From Mobula hypostoma (taxonomy: Eukaryota): 64,000 nucleotides of DNA. Of this stretch, positions 22,070 to 35,782 are shown piece after piece. The stretch spans positions 198,216,001-198,280,000 of the forward strand of contig NC_086097.1 in assembly GCF_963921235.1 (NCBI RefSeq). Direction: 5' to 3'. The position numbers and the translations under genes were made by a program. How positions within the stretch are numbered: position 1 is the stretch's first letter; the number at the start of each line of letters is the position of its first letter. The notes beneath the pieces are model-generated. The model searched no databases, had not been told where the DNA came from, and was given only the letters and a program-made list of their open reading frames with translations.

Positions 22070-25000
22070 TGTTAGAGCATAGTTACAGCAGTGAGAATTA
22101 CTCCAGGGGGAGTGTTATGCTCTTTGTGTAAGAGGTGGGTTTTCTGGGAGACCTACAGCCTTCTGGATAACCACATCTGCACAGGATGCACTGAGCCGCA
22201 TTCCTCAGAGAACGTGTTAAGGAACTGGAGCTACAGCTTGATAATGTTCAGCTCATACAAGAGACTGAGGAAATGATAGATAGGAACCACAAGGAGGTAG
22301 TCATCCTTAGGTTGCAGGAGCCAGGTGAAAGGGTGACTGTCAGGAGAAGGAAGGGAGATGGACAGCCAGTACAGAGCACTGTACCCCTGTGGTATTTCCT
22401 TTCAATAACAAATATACTTTCTTGGATATTGTTGAGAGGGAGCTACAGCTACCAGGTCTCCAGGGCCGAGTCTGGCACTATGGCTCAGAAAGCAAAGAGG
22501 TGAAGAGAACTGCAGTCATGATAGGAGGTTCCATAGTTACAGGAATAGAGACAAGATTCTATGGGTGCTATAGAGACAACAGGATGGTATGTTGGCTCCC
22601 AAGAACTAGTGTCAGGGATATCTTGGATTGGGTTCACAGCATTCTAAAGGGAAAGGGTGAGCAGCCAGAAGTCTTGGTACGTATTGGCACCAATGACAAA
22701 GGTAGGAAAGGCAAAAAGGTTCTGAAGAGAAGGGAAAAAAGTAAATCAATTACAGAATGTGTGTGTGTTTATATATATATATATATATAACACGTATTAA
22801 ATAGTTAAATTAAAAATAGTACAAACAGAAATAATAGAAGTGATGTAGTGTTCATGGATTCGATGTCAATTTAGAAATCAGATGGCAGAGGGGAAGAAGA
22901 TGTTCCAGAATCACTGAGTGTGAGCCTTCAGGCTTCTGTGCCTCCTTCCTGATGGTAACAGTGAGAAGAGGGCATGTCTTGGGTGATGGAGGTCCTTAAT
23001 GATGGACACCACCTTTCTGAGACACTGCTCCTTGAAAATGTCTTGGATACTACAGAGGCTAGTACCCAAGATGGAGCAGACTAATTTTACATATTAACTA
23101 GGTAGAATTAACTAGAAAGCTGAAAAGCAGGACCAATAGGGTAGTAATCTCCAGATTGCTGCCTGTAACATATGCCAGTGAAGGTAAGAATAGGAGGATT
23201 TGGCAGATGAATGCATGGCTGAGAAACTGGTGCAGGGGGCAGGGGTTCAGTTTTCTGGATTGTTGGTATCTCTTCAGGGGGAGGTATGACCTATACAAAA
23301 GGGTTGGTTACAACTGAACGTGAGTAGGACCAATATCCCATGAGCCGATTTGCTGCAGCTATTTGGGAGGGCATAAGCTAATTTTGCAAGGGAACGGCAA
23401 ACTGAGTGATTGGGCTGAGGATGGACTAGTTGATATTCAAACAGAAGCAGTGTGTAGTGAGACCAATAGCAAGGAGAAGCTGATGATAGGGCAAAATTGC
23501 AGTCAATGGGAAGAGTTTCAGTGTAAAAGGGGACAAAGTCAAAAAGGGTGATGAATATATATGATTGAAGGTATTATATTTGTATGCATGCAGTATATGG
23601 AATAAGATAGATGAACTTATACCATGTTTACAGATTTGCAGGTATAATATCGTGATTGAAAGGAAGTAATAGCTGGGAGCTTAACATCCAAGGATACCCA
23701 CTGTTTTGAAAGGACACGCAGGAAGGTGGTGTAGCGCTGTTGGTAAAAAATGAAATCAAATCCTTAGAAAGAAGTGACATAGGATTGCAAGGTGTAGAAT
23801 CCCTGTGGGTAGAGCTAAGTAACTGCAAGGGTAAAAAAAGACCCTGATGGGAGTTATGTAAAGGCTTCTGAACAGTAGCAAAGACATGGGCTACAAATTA
23901 GAACAGAAGATAGAAAAGGCATGTCAAAAGGACAATGTTAAGATAGTCATGGGGGATTTCAAAATGTAGGTAGATTGGAAAATCAGGTTGGAGCTGGATC
24001 CCAAGAGGGGGAGTTTGTAGAATGCCTACAAGATGGCTTTTTAGAACAGCTCATAGTTTAGCCAATTAAGGGATAAGATTTTCTGAATTGGGTGTTGGGC
24101 AGTGAACTGGAATTGATTAGAGAGCATAATGTAAAGGAACCCTTTGGAGGACTTTGATGATAATATGATAGAATTCAACCTGCTATTTGAGGGGGATTGA
24201 AAGAGCACAGAGAAAATTTACAAGAACATTGCCAGGGTTTGGAGGACATGAATGATAAGGAAAGATTGAAAAGGTTTAGACTTTATTCGTTAGAATGTAG
24301 AAGATTGAGAGGAGACTTGATAGAAGTATACAAAATTTTGAGCGTTTTAGATAGGGAAAATGCATGCAGGTTTTTTCCACTGAGGTTGGTTGGGCCTACA
24401 ACCAGAGGTTATGGGTTAAGGGTGAAAGGTAAAAAAGGTTAAGGGGAACATGAGGGGGATCTTCTGCACTCAGAACTGGCCAAAGTTGATTGAAAGGGGA
24501 CACCAGCAGGATGACGGCAGAACAACAATGACTGGAATTTCTGGGAGCAATTCAGAAGGTACAAGATAGATACATCACAAAGAGGAAATAGTATTCTAAA
24601 GGCGAGATGATACAACAATGGCTGACAAGGGAAGTCAAAGCTAACATAAGAGTAGAAGAGATAGCATATAATACAGCAAAAATTAGGAGATTCAGGGGAA
24701 GCTAGAGGATTTGGAAGCTGTGAGAAAATAACAGAAGATAACTGAAAAAGCTATAAAGCTAGAAAAAATGAAATACAGAGGTAAGCTAGCCAAAACTATG
24801 AAAGAGTTCATCTATCTTATCTAGCAAACGTATCTTCAGATATATAAAGAGTAAAATAGAGGCAAGAGGAGGTATGAGACCACTGGAATATGATATTGGA
24901 GAGGGTGTAATGGGGGGACAAGGAAATGGTGGATGAAATGAATGAATATTTTGTATCAGTCTTCACAATGGAAGATGCTAACAGTATGCCGGATGTTTGT

Positions 25001-25070
25001 GAGAGTCAAGGGGTTGAAGTAAGTGAAGGGAGAAGGTGCTTGGGAAATTGAAAGGTCTGAAGATAGATAA
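22070..25070 (+). mobile_element. Decayed CR1 (ORF1 esterase, APE endonuclease, linker) with internal insertions at ~22735-23095 and ~24197-24470
   Basis: GKGEQPEVLVRIGTNDKG, ESLWVELSNCKG, IVMGDF, MNEYFVSVFT; ends at GLKIDK. Confidence 0.8.
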
Positions 25071-25071
25071 A

Positions 25072-27460
25072 CAGGACCATAAGACCATAAGATATAGGAG
25101 CAGGATTAGGCTATTTGACCCATTGGGTCTGCTCCATCATCTCATCAAGGCTGATCCATTTCCCTCTCAGCTCCAATCTACTGCCTTCTCCACATATCCC
25201 TTCATACCATGACCAATCAAGGATCTATTAACCTCTGCCTTAAATATACATAAAGACTTGGCTTCCACAGCTGCCTGAGGTAAAAAATTCCACAGTTTCA
25301 CCACTCTCTGACTAAAGAAATTCATCCTCATTTCCATTCTAAAAGGACACTCCTCTACTCTGAGACTGTGTCCTCTGGACTTAGACTCTCCCACCATAGG
25401 GAACATATTCTTCACATCCACTCCATCAAGGCCTTTCATCATTCGATAGGCTTTGAAGATGTCACCCCTCATTCCTCTGAATTCTAGTGAATACAGGCTC
25501 AGAGCCATCAAAGGCTCTTCATATGACAAGCTATTCAAACCTGGGATCATTTGAGTGAACCTCCTTTAACCCCTCTCCAATGTCAGCATTTCCTTTCTAA
25601 GACAAGGAGCCCAAAACTGTTCACAATACTCCAAGTGAGGCCTCACCAGTGCTTTATAAAGTCTCAACATCACATCCTTGCTTTATATTCTAGTCCTCTT
25701 GAAAAGAATGCTAAAATTGCATTTGCCTTCCTCACCACGGACTTAACCCGCATATTAACCTTTAGGGAATCCTGCACCAGGACTCCCAAGATCCTTTGTG
25801 CCTCAGTTTTTTAATATTTTCTCTCCATTGAGAAAATAGTCAACTCTTTCATTTCTTCTACCAAAATGCATGACCATACACTCCCAACACGGCATCCATA
25901 TGCCATTTCTTTGCCCACTGTTTAACTCCTTCTACTTTCTCAAATCTACCTGCCCTCCCACTATCTTCATATCATCAGCAAATTTTGCAACAAAACCATC
26001 AATTCCATCATCTAAATCATTGATGTATATTGTAAACACCGACCCCTGTGGAACACCACTAGTCACCAGCAGCCAACCAGAAAAGAGTCCCTTTAATCTC
26101 ACTCTTTGCCTCCTGCCAATCAGCCACTGCGTTATCCATGCTAGAATCTTCCCTGTAATACCATGGGCACATAGTTTGTTAATCAGCCTCATGTGTAGCA
26201 CTGTGTCAAAAGTGTTCTGAAAATCCAAGTACACAACATCAACTGATTCTCCTTTGTCTATCCTGCTTTTTACTTCTTCAAAGAATTCCAACAGATTTAT
26301 CAGGCAAGATTTTCCCTTGAGAAAACCATGCTGACTATGGCCTATTTTATCATGTGCCTCTAAGTACCCTGAGACCTCATCCTTAATAATCGACACCAAC
26401 ATCTTCCCAACCACTGAGGTCGGACTAACCAGCCTATAGTTTCTTTTCTTCTACCTCTCTCACTTCCTGAAGAGTGAGTGACTTCTGCAAATTTCCAGTC
26501 TCTGGAACCATTCCAGAATCTAGTGATTCTTGAAAAATCATTACTATTGCCTCCATAATCTTTTCAGCCACCATTTTTAGAATTCTGGGGTGTACTCCAT
26601 CTGGCCCTGGTGATTTATCTACCTTCAGACCTACTAATTCCCCAAGAACCTTCTGTCTAATTATGGTAACTTCACACACTTCATGCCCCCTGACACTTAG
26701 AACTTACACCATACTGCTAGTATATTCCACAGTGAAGACTGATGCAAAATGCGTGTTCAGTTTATCTGCCATTTCGTTGATCCCATTACTACCTCTCCAG
26801 CATTATTTTCCAGTGGTCTGATATCTACTCTCTCCTCTCTTTTACATTATATGTATCTAAAGAAACTTTTGGTGTCCTCTTTAATATTATTGGCTAGCTT
26901 ACTTTCATATTCCATCTTTAAGTTCTCAATGACCTTTTTATTTGCCTTTTGTTGGTTTTGAAAAGCTTTCAAATACTTTAACTTCCCACTAAGTTTTGCT
27001 CTATCATATGTCCTCTCTTTGCTTTTATGTTGCCTTTGACTTCTCTTGTTTGCCACGGTGTGTCATCTTTCCTTTAAAATACTTCCTCCTCTTTGGAATG
27101 TATATATCCTGTGCCTTCCAAATACTTCAAGAAATTCCAGCCATTGGTGCCCCGCTGTCATCCATGCCAGTCTTCTTTTCCAATTAATTCTGGCCAACTT
27201 CTCTCTCATGCCTCTGTAATTCCCTTTACTCCACTGTAATACCGATACATATGACTTGAGCTTCTCTTTCTCAAATTTCAAGGTGAATTTGATCATTATG
27301 TTCACTGTTGCCCCAAGGTTCTATTACCTTTAATCAATTGATTATTTCTTTAATCAATTCTGGTTCATTGCACAACACCCTAACCAGAATAGTTGATCCC
27401 CTAGTAGGCTCAACCACAATCTGCTATAAAAAGCCATCTCATAGGCACTTGCGAAATTGC
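25072..27460 (-). mobile_element. CR1 ORF2 (RT) remnant nested in the opposite-strand CR1, (aagaccat)n tail
   Basis: [43 protein letters not shown] and DKSPGPDGVHPRILK. Confidence 0.92.
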
Positions 27461-27836
27461 CCCACCTGGAGCAGATGGTCGACACCCCAGAGTTCTGAAG
27501 CAGTGGCTAAAGAGATTGTGAAGACATTGGACATGGTTCCAGAGGACTGGAAAATTGAAAATGTCATGCCACTCTTCAGGAAGGGAAAGAGGAGGAACAA
27601 AGGAAATTTTAGGCCAGTTAGTCTGACCTCTGCGATTAGGAAAATGTTGGAATCGATTGTTAAGGATGTGGTTTTGGGGTACTTGGAGGCATATGATAAA
27701 ACAGGCCAAAGTCAGCATGGTTTCCTTAAGGGAAACCTTGCATGACAGATCAGTTGGAATTCTTTGAAGAAATAAAAGCAGAATAAACATCAGTTTTTGC
27801 TTATCAATGCTTTGGATGACAGAATTGATGGCTTTC
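27461..27836 (+). mobile_element. Continuation of the + strand CR1 ORF2
   Basis: Resumes with the PG.DG.HPRVLK motif, then VPEDWKIENVMPLFRKG, NFRPVSLTS and QHGFLKG. Confidence 0.85.
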
Positions 27837-27837
27837 T

Positions 27838-30800
27838 AGTTTTTCACAAATAAACAAAGTGAAACCCATAACAGATTTTATTGAACTCCAAAAGTGTGCT
27901 AAAAATCTTTACATAATACGTCATCACGTCAGACCAGCCTCTTAAAGTGAAACCCCAACTCAATGTCAGTGCTTGTGAATTATTTGCATTTTTTCCAATT
28001 ATGTTACCCTCTATAATCCACCCAGGAATTTACTAAAACCAGCACTGTGAGCCTGTCTGGTGCTCAAACAAGCCACCCAGCTCGTGTCCTGTGTTCCATG
28101 GGTGGAGGAACAGCAGGTGTCTCTGCATCATCCAGAAGTGCATTGACAAACTCATGGTCATGTTGTGATGGGGCATAGCAGCAGAATACTCCATGTTTGG
28201 TGTGCCGATTTGAGGCGACCTACTGAAATACATTCAGGTTTACCCCTCTTATCTATGATAAAAGAGCCCCAGCAGGACCCATAGGAGACAATCATTCATC
28301 AGTCAGGGAAGCCCTCAAAGCAGCCTTTATGGAGCAATGAAACTGCTTGCATAAGCCATTGGACTGTGGGTAATACACCATGGTGTGATGTAGCGTAACG
28401 CTGAGGTTCTGGGCCATTGTAGCCCAGAGGTCTGAAATGAATTGGGGGACTGAAGTCAGAGGAAATATCAGATGGGTTCCAAACGGAGCAACCCATATGC
28501 TGATAAATGCATGAACTACGTCTGCAGTCACCGTTGATGCTAAAGGGACAATGTCTGGATACCTGGTGTTACAGTCCACCCTGGTAAGAATGTGCATGAA
28601 ACCACAGGAGGAGGGAAACGGACCAACAAACTCTACATTGACATGGTCAAACCGTCGCTAAGGGACCTTAAAAGACGCCTATGGCGCCTGAACATGACAG
28701 ATAATTTTTGGCTACTGGCACTCCACTCAGGCTGCAGTCCAATCATGCACACCCTTTCTGAGGCCTTGCCAAACAACCTTCATTACTACCAGCTTCTGTG
28801 AGGCATTGGAGAGGCCATGGACAGAGTCAAAAACAATCTGTCTCTAGTTTGCGGGCACAATGGGGTAAGGGCAACTGGTTGAGACATCACACAGGAGAGA
28901 AACCCCAGCTTCCCAGAGCTTGATGTCAACCAACCACAGGCCCATGACTACTATTTGTTAAGCCTGGACTTCTGGATCAGTAACTTGGTCAGCTGCCATG
29001 CTGTCATAGTTAGCCCCGACGTGTATGGCCTTGATGGCTGGCCATGAGAGGCAATCTATCCAGGCATTATTTTTCCTCATGATACATTGTATATCATTTG
29101 TGAACTCTGATATTTAGGCCAGGTGGCTTTACTACTGTGTAGACCAAGAGTCTGATATTTTGGCCACCACGTGCATGAGAGGTTTGCGATCAATGAACGC
29201 TGTGTAATGGGGACCCTCTAGAAGAAAATGAAAGCAGCAGACAACCACATAGAGACTGAAAATTCACAGTCAAACATACTGTATTTCCTTTTGGGTGGAT
29301 GGAGCTGCTGAATGACGAAGACACCCCCAGGATAATCTGAGGTATTAGTAGTAATGGATATAGGTGTGTTGGGGAGCCAGTCTGCCAGTAGTGTCATGTT
29401 AGAAAGAGCTCGTGTCGTATCATCAAATGTACCGGTCAAGCACTTTATTATGGGTATTGCCTTTAAGCGCACTTTACTGGGAGAGTGTAAGTTCAGCAGC
29501 TTGAGGAATGAAGCAGTAATTTATCATACTTAAAAATTATCATACTTAAAAACTCCTGTAGTTTTTAGTAGTGTGGGGTGGTGGGAAATCCATAATAGTG
29601 GCTACTTTTGATGGGAGTGGTTTTGCACCTTCTGCAGAGGCGCGATGGCCGAGAAAGTCAATGGTTGACAACCTAAACTGGAACTTAGTATGGTTAATAA
29701 TGAACACATGTTGGCTTAAACGCTCAAGGTGTGCGGAGATGAAATACATGTTTGGATTTGGATGCACTGGCAACAAGTATGTCATTGAGTAAACAAAAAG
29801 AAAATATGTCTTTTAAGACAGAGTTGGAAAGTCTGTGCTGCATTTTTCAGTCCAAATGGCATGCACAGAAACTCAAAAAGCCCAAAGGGGTTATCACAGC
29901 TGTTTTGGGAATGTCCTTTGAGCACAAGCACCTAATAGTAAACCCAGACTTTGGAAAAAATTAACTTTCCGGCTAAATGTGCCAAAAGGTCTTGGACGAG
30001 TGGGACTGGGTACCAATCCGGGGTGGTGGCCTTGTTAAGTAATCTCCTCATGGACAGCAACTACCATTGCACTTAGGGACCATTTGGAGGAGCGAAGCTC
30101 AGGGGCTATTCCACCAGCATACAATGCTGAGTCTTTCCATATTGGTAAACTCAGCCTTTGCAGTGGCCAGCTCTTCTGGGTCCCGTCTACGTGTGTGGAC
30201 ATGGACTGGCGGGCCTGTTGTGGGAACGTGGTTCTCGACCCCATGTTTTGTGACTGTAGTGGAGAATGTGAGCTTGGTGAGGTCTGAGAATTCTCCCAGC
30301 GGTTGAATAAACTCACATGTAGTGGTGCACGCTCTTGACAAAGTCGTTTTAGGGAACTTACTGGGGGAGCAGGGTAACACCCAAAATCCTTGACATCCAC
30401 AGGACGGCAGTTCTTAAGATTGACTAACAGTCCTTGGGCACACTGTATATCTGTACCGAGCAGAGGTCTAGCCAATTTAGCCAGTATGAAGTCTCATGTG
30501 TCTCCCACTGAAGCAGAGTGTCACCCGTCATGTCCCATACGTTTGGATCTTGCTGCCGGTGGTGGCCTCCAGTGAGGTTTTATCGTCCTTTGCCTTCTCA
30601 TCAATAGGTAATGCTGGCAGCACACTCACCTGAGCTCCTGTGGAAGAATCACCCTGAAAGGGTGTCTGTAATGAACAGTAGATGACTGGGTTTATTGATG
30701 CAGGGAAAGGAGGAGAGGAATGATGCACTGCTGCCTAGCCGAGTGTGGACTATTAGCATTTTAACAAGCCCCCTATAGTCCATCATGGGTTCATTAACGA

Positions 30801-31355
30801 GGGCTATGTGAACTTGATCAGGCATTTGCTGCATTTAAAGATAGAACAAGGATGGTGATTTCCCAGGAGGGACATCATGTGGTCCACAGCTCTGATAGCT
30901 TAGTATCACCATTGAGTAAGGAGAGCAACTGTTTGGTGTGTTCAGACTTCGAACGTCCAAAAGTCTGTAAAAGTTGAGATTTCAGCGATCAGTATTTATC
31001 ATGTTCTGGTGGGTATTCAAGCAGACTCACCACTCTTGCAGCCATGGAATTGCTGAATGACCTACCACTTTATGGAATTTGGTGTTATTGGCGGTGATTT
31101 CTCAGTGAGTGAACTGGACCTCAGCTATAACATACAAAGTGACGGCATTTTCCTCCCAAAACTCCAGCAGTTTCAAAGTGTCTGCGTTGGCCGATACGTT
31201 CAATAACTCTGGAATCATCCTACAGCATCAGGGTCACCAATGTAGGTTCATGAAAATAAACATCATTATATCAGACCAGCCCCTTAAAGTGAAACCCTGA
31301 CACAATGCAGGTCATTGTGAATTAAGTATTTTTCTCCCAATTATGTTACCCTATA
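27838..31355 (-). mobile_element. Decayed Gypsy/Ty3 LTR retrotransposon inserted in CR1 RT
   Basis: Direct repeats ~27920-28014 and ~31262-31354 (tcagaccagc..ttaaagtgaaaccc...ccaattatgttaccct); PBS-like tggtgaccc on minus at ~31231-31239. Protease TGAQVSVLP, RT (IDFLGH), RNase H and integrase (HHTMVYYPQSNGLC..FH) remnants. Confidence 0.85.
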
Positions 31356-32180
31356 GATTTGTGTCAAATTTGAGGACAATACAAAGATAGTTGGAGGTGA
31401 AGGTAGTGTTGTGGAAGTACAGAGGCTGCAGAAGGCCTCAGATGGATTAGGATAATCAGCAACAAATGGCCATGGAGTATAGTGTCGAAAAGTGTATGGT
31501 CATGCACTTTGGTAGAAGAAATAAAAACATAGACTATTTCCTAAATGGAGAGAAAATTAAAAAAGCCAAAGTGAAAGGGACTTGGGAATCCTCATGTAGG
31601 ATTCTTTAAAGGTTAATTTGTAGCTTGAGTCAATGGTGTGGAAGGCAAATACAATGTTAACTTTCATTTTGTGAGGACTAGAATATAAAAGCAGTAATAT
31701 AATTTCGAGGCTTTATAAGGCACTGGTAAGGCCCCTCTTGGAGTATTGTGAGCAGTTTTGGGCCCCTTATCAAAGAAAGGATGTGCTGATATTGAAGAAG
31801 ATTCAGGGGAATGATTCTGGGAATGAAAGCGTTGCCATATGATGATCGTTTAGTGGCTTTGAGCCTGTACAAATGGTGAGGGGGTGGGGATAGGGAATCA
31901 TTAAAACCTGTTGAATGTGGAAAGACCTTGATAGAGTGGATATGGAGAGGGTGTTTCCTATGGTGGGGGAGTCTAGGACCAGAAAGCACAGGTTGTAAAT
32001 AGTGGGACATCCATTTCGAACAGAGAAGAGGAGGAATTTCTTTAGCCAGGTTGTATTGAATCTGTGGAATTTGTTGCCACAGGCAGTTGTGGAAGGCAAA
32101 TCATTGAGTATATTTAAGACAGAGGTTGATAGATTCTTGATTAGTCAGGGCATTAAGGGATATGGGGAGAAGATGTGGAC
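31356..32180 (+). mobile_element. CR1 RT 3' part (continuation after the Gypsy insertion)
   Basis: FVSNLRTIQ/KFEDNTKIVG junction, LYKALVRPLLEYCEQFWAP and RRNFFSQVVLNLWNLLP. Confidence 0.85.
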
Positions 32181-32971
32181 CGGGAGGGAAAGCGTTTAGA
32201 ACTTTACCCTCTGAAATAAAGGAGACTGAGGAGTGACCTGAGAGTGTGATATAAGATCACGAGGGGCATAGACAGGGAGAAAGCACCCAGTTATTTTCTC
32301 TGAGGAGGGGTGGTAAAAACAAGAGGGCGTAAGTTTAAGACGAGAAATGGGAGGCTTGTAAGTTTTTTATCAGGGACAGCTTTTTTATGCAAAGGATAGT
32401 GTGTATTTTGAATAAGCTGCTAGAAAATGTGATTGTGGTGGGTATAGTCGCAACATAACATTGATAGGATAGATTTTGACGGCCATGAGCCAAATAGGAG
32501 CAGGTGGGACTAACTGACTGGACAGCACAGTAAACGTGGACAAGTTGGGTCAAGGGGTCTATGTCTGTGTTGAGTGACTCTACAACCTTATAACTCTATA
32601 CCTAGTGAAATCTATTTGATTGCCAAATGGGTCTTATGTTGGGCTGTTTTGATCCAATGAGTTTTCTTTAGTACGCAGTTTTAAACTCAGTTGCACAGCC
32701 AGCAGATTGGATGGTGTGGTGGCAAGTGCCACTCTTATAGACTGGATAGTAGTTGATGTCAATCTTTGTCCAACACTGATTTGATGTACTGTAGATCTGG
32801 CAAATTAGACACCATGACATAGGTAATGCCAGGTATTAAATCTTGAATGGGAAATCCAGCAGTGAGTTCAGGAATTCTTACCTACACATATGTGGTAATT
32901 AAAGGAATTAGCATATTTGATGGTGATTGAGTTGATGGGGAATTAGTTCTGCACATTTGCTTTTACTGCAG

Positions 32972-32993
32972 GAGATTGTTGAAGTTTTAGAAG
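32972..32993 (+). CDS. Candidate 22-bp host micro-exon (EIVEVLE-G)
   Basis: Acceptor tttgcttttactgcag and strong donor aag|gtaaga. Ends in phase 1, compatible with exon 34523. Confidence 0.55.
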
Positions 32994-34522
32994 GTAAGAT
33001 GGAAACAGAAGATTGGATTTCAGTTGAACCAACTGTACTTCTTTGAGAATTTGGGACTTTGGTGGCTGATCTATCTCACTCCTGTATGCCTCCTCATCTG
33101 AAATTTTGCCAACAAAATACTTCAGTCATTTACAGAACATGAATGTAAGAGTATACATCAAACTTAGGAATTTAATAAAGATTTTGGATTTCATTTGTAT
33201 GCATGGAAGTCCATAAATTGGGCATTTGTACCCAGGGACAGGTGTATACCAAGTCAACTGCTGCTCCTCATATCCCTCTGAGCTCCGTGTACAAGATAAG
33301 TCACCAATATAAGAGGGGGTATATTTTGTTTGTTGGCATCAAGTAACAATTTTGTTAAATGGACTAGCATCAGAAAATACTTAGCATAAAAAAGCAGAGC
33401 AGATATATCACCTTCCACTCCTGGTGATAATGTGCATTCAGCACCAGCCAACAGCTGCAGCAGGAAATAGGAAAGAGAAGGGAAGTGTCAACCCAAGAGA
33501 TTTGGAGACGCCAGAGTCTGCAAATGTTAGAATCTGGAGCAAAAATAAACTAGGTTGATGATTTGGGTCAAGAGTATGCATTGTGACTGGAGAAATTTCA
33601 ATAGAATTAATGGCTGTTGGAGGTATGCCCATACAGCACAAGAACTGTGGAATATTTAGCAATAGGCTGATAAATGATATTTAACATTCACACCATTACT
33701 AGGCACTACACACCCAATGTGAGAGAATACAATCACTTCCTCCTGGCATTGAATGCTGAATTCTATCAACATCTTAAAATTAAATATTAACCAGAAATTA
33801 AGCTAGAACTACTATACTTACTGTGGAATTGAAGTCGGAGATTGTTACTTCAGTAGCTACCCTTTCTGCCAATTGTCACATGTGCCTGTGTACCACAACA
33901 TTCTCAGTGACCGGGCAAATTTGAAGAAAGGCAGCTCCCTTGTACTAATATGTCAATAGATGGTCTTAGATGTTGTTACTGGGCCAAAATGGCATGTCCT
34001 TCTGTTGCCGCTTTTCGGATAGGCACAGAGTTGGCCAATGCTGATCTATTGTTGCTGGTACTGATCAAGTAAATATGAACTTCCCTGCATAAGATAATTG
34101 GCTGTCTTGCTAAGTTTCTTGCATTGTGTCTTTGGGGTGTGCTTTCCATCTAGTCAGCATTAGTACTGGAGTGTATGCTCATGAGTAAACAGGTAACAAA
34201 CAGATTGCAGTAAGGAAATCACAAAAACTCTCTCCTTGGGGAGAAAAACTGTTTTATGCTCTATTGAGACACAACGGCATATCTGGGATATTGCTTCAGA
34301 ATTTCAAGTAATCTGTTCGAGCTGGACTGCAATAATACCTTCAAAAACCCTTTGAACATCCATAACCAGACCTTGAAAGCAGCAGCCTGTAGCTGATGTT
34401 TGAACTCATTACTTTTGTAATGAAGCTAGCTGGCATTTTTATGCTGGAAATGCTTGCCTTCAGGCTCAGGTGTTGTGACAGGAAGAATCTGGTTTTGTCT
34501 TTCTCTTTCACATTTCACTCAG

Positions 34523-34611
34523 GTTGTCAGGTAGGGCTGCTAATATACAGGAATCTCATTGAGAATGCTTATCTGTCACATCAAAGCTCTTTTCTGTTTC
34601 CTCTGGTGAAG
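34523..34611 (+). CDS. Candidate host exon (G-CQVGLLIYRNLIENAYLSHQSSFLFPLVK)
   Basis: Long pyrimidine tract + cactcag acceptor; donor aag|gtatgt; open frame; phase 1 to phase 0. Confidence 0.6.
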
Positions 34612-35782
34612 GTATGTGTGTGATCACATCCTTCACAGAATGGACTCGTGACCTATCATTATCCTAGCTTTGGCTTCAATTCCTTTTAAACGTGAGGTCC
34701 AGTTTCTGAATTGATATCCATGATACTCAGACTAATTATTCAGGGGTTATCTTTGTCATTGTCTTGTTGCTCAATAGCTACTTTAATTCCAAGTTAACTG
34801 GAAATTTTCTTTTTTTCTAAAAGGGAACAGACTAAAAAAGAGGTGGATACTTACATCAGCAGCCGATAGAGAAAGAGATTGTTGGATAAAGGGGAAATAG
34901 GATGTGTGGTATGTAGGTATCGTCTTCAATGATCTCTGGACAAAATCTTTTTATGACCTTTATGATGTCTGCTTCATTAATTAATAGTACTGACTTCTGT
35001 TGCTGCTTTTGTGATGGGCACATAGTTGTCCAATACTGATCTATTGCCGCTGGTATCGCTGAGTTTCTTGTCCTGTGTCGTTGGGATGCGCTTTCCAGCA
35101 AATAACCAACAGCTATTATCTATCTGGATTCTTTAGTACTATCAAAAGATCATTCACAGCTCAAAAGCCAGACTGTTCTTAAGAGTCTGAGAGCTAAGAA
35201 CAGTGAAGAGCTTATCGTTGACAGGGAGGCAAATAGCTAGCACACAGTGGAAAGCCATTTCAAATATCTCTTCACCAAAGACAGCTTTTTATACTAATTT
35301 CTTTATTTGTGTCCAACTGAGTAACACCTGTTCAATCTCAGGTTGATCTCACCTCAGCAAGAGGCTGTCAAGGTCATTCGATCATTGTAAAAGAAAAGCT
35401 CTTTGGAGCAGACGCACTTCCATTTGAAGTACTGGACAAGGTACTTCAGTCATGAATTCATGACCTCATCAATTTCAAGTTCAAATTTAATTGTTGTTCA
35501 ACATGCACATGAATACAGCCAAACAAAATAGTGTTCCTCTGGGGCCATGGTGTAAAACACATTACACAGCACATATAATTATGATAACAGAAAAAAACAT
35601 GTAGTTAGAAAAAATATATTAAAAATATAATATAGCCCAAGCCCTTGAGTGTCATGGTCTGCAGGCTGCTGGGACATAGATGTCCTGGAGCCATCTATCC
35701 ACAAGAGTAAGCCCACAGCATTCCTTATATCTCGTATGTGCAGCTACAGACAAAAGCAGTCAAACTTGTCTTCCCAGAACCT

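Noticed and set aside
21772..22131. Pro/Ser-rich and Gly/Arg/Glu-rich ORFs
   Set aside because: Translations of a C/T low-complexity tract.
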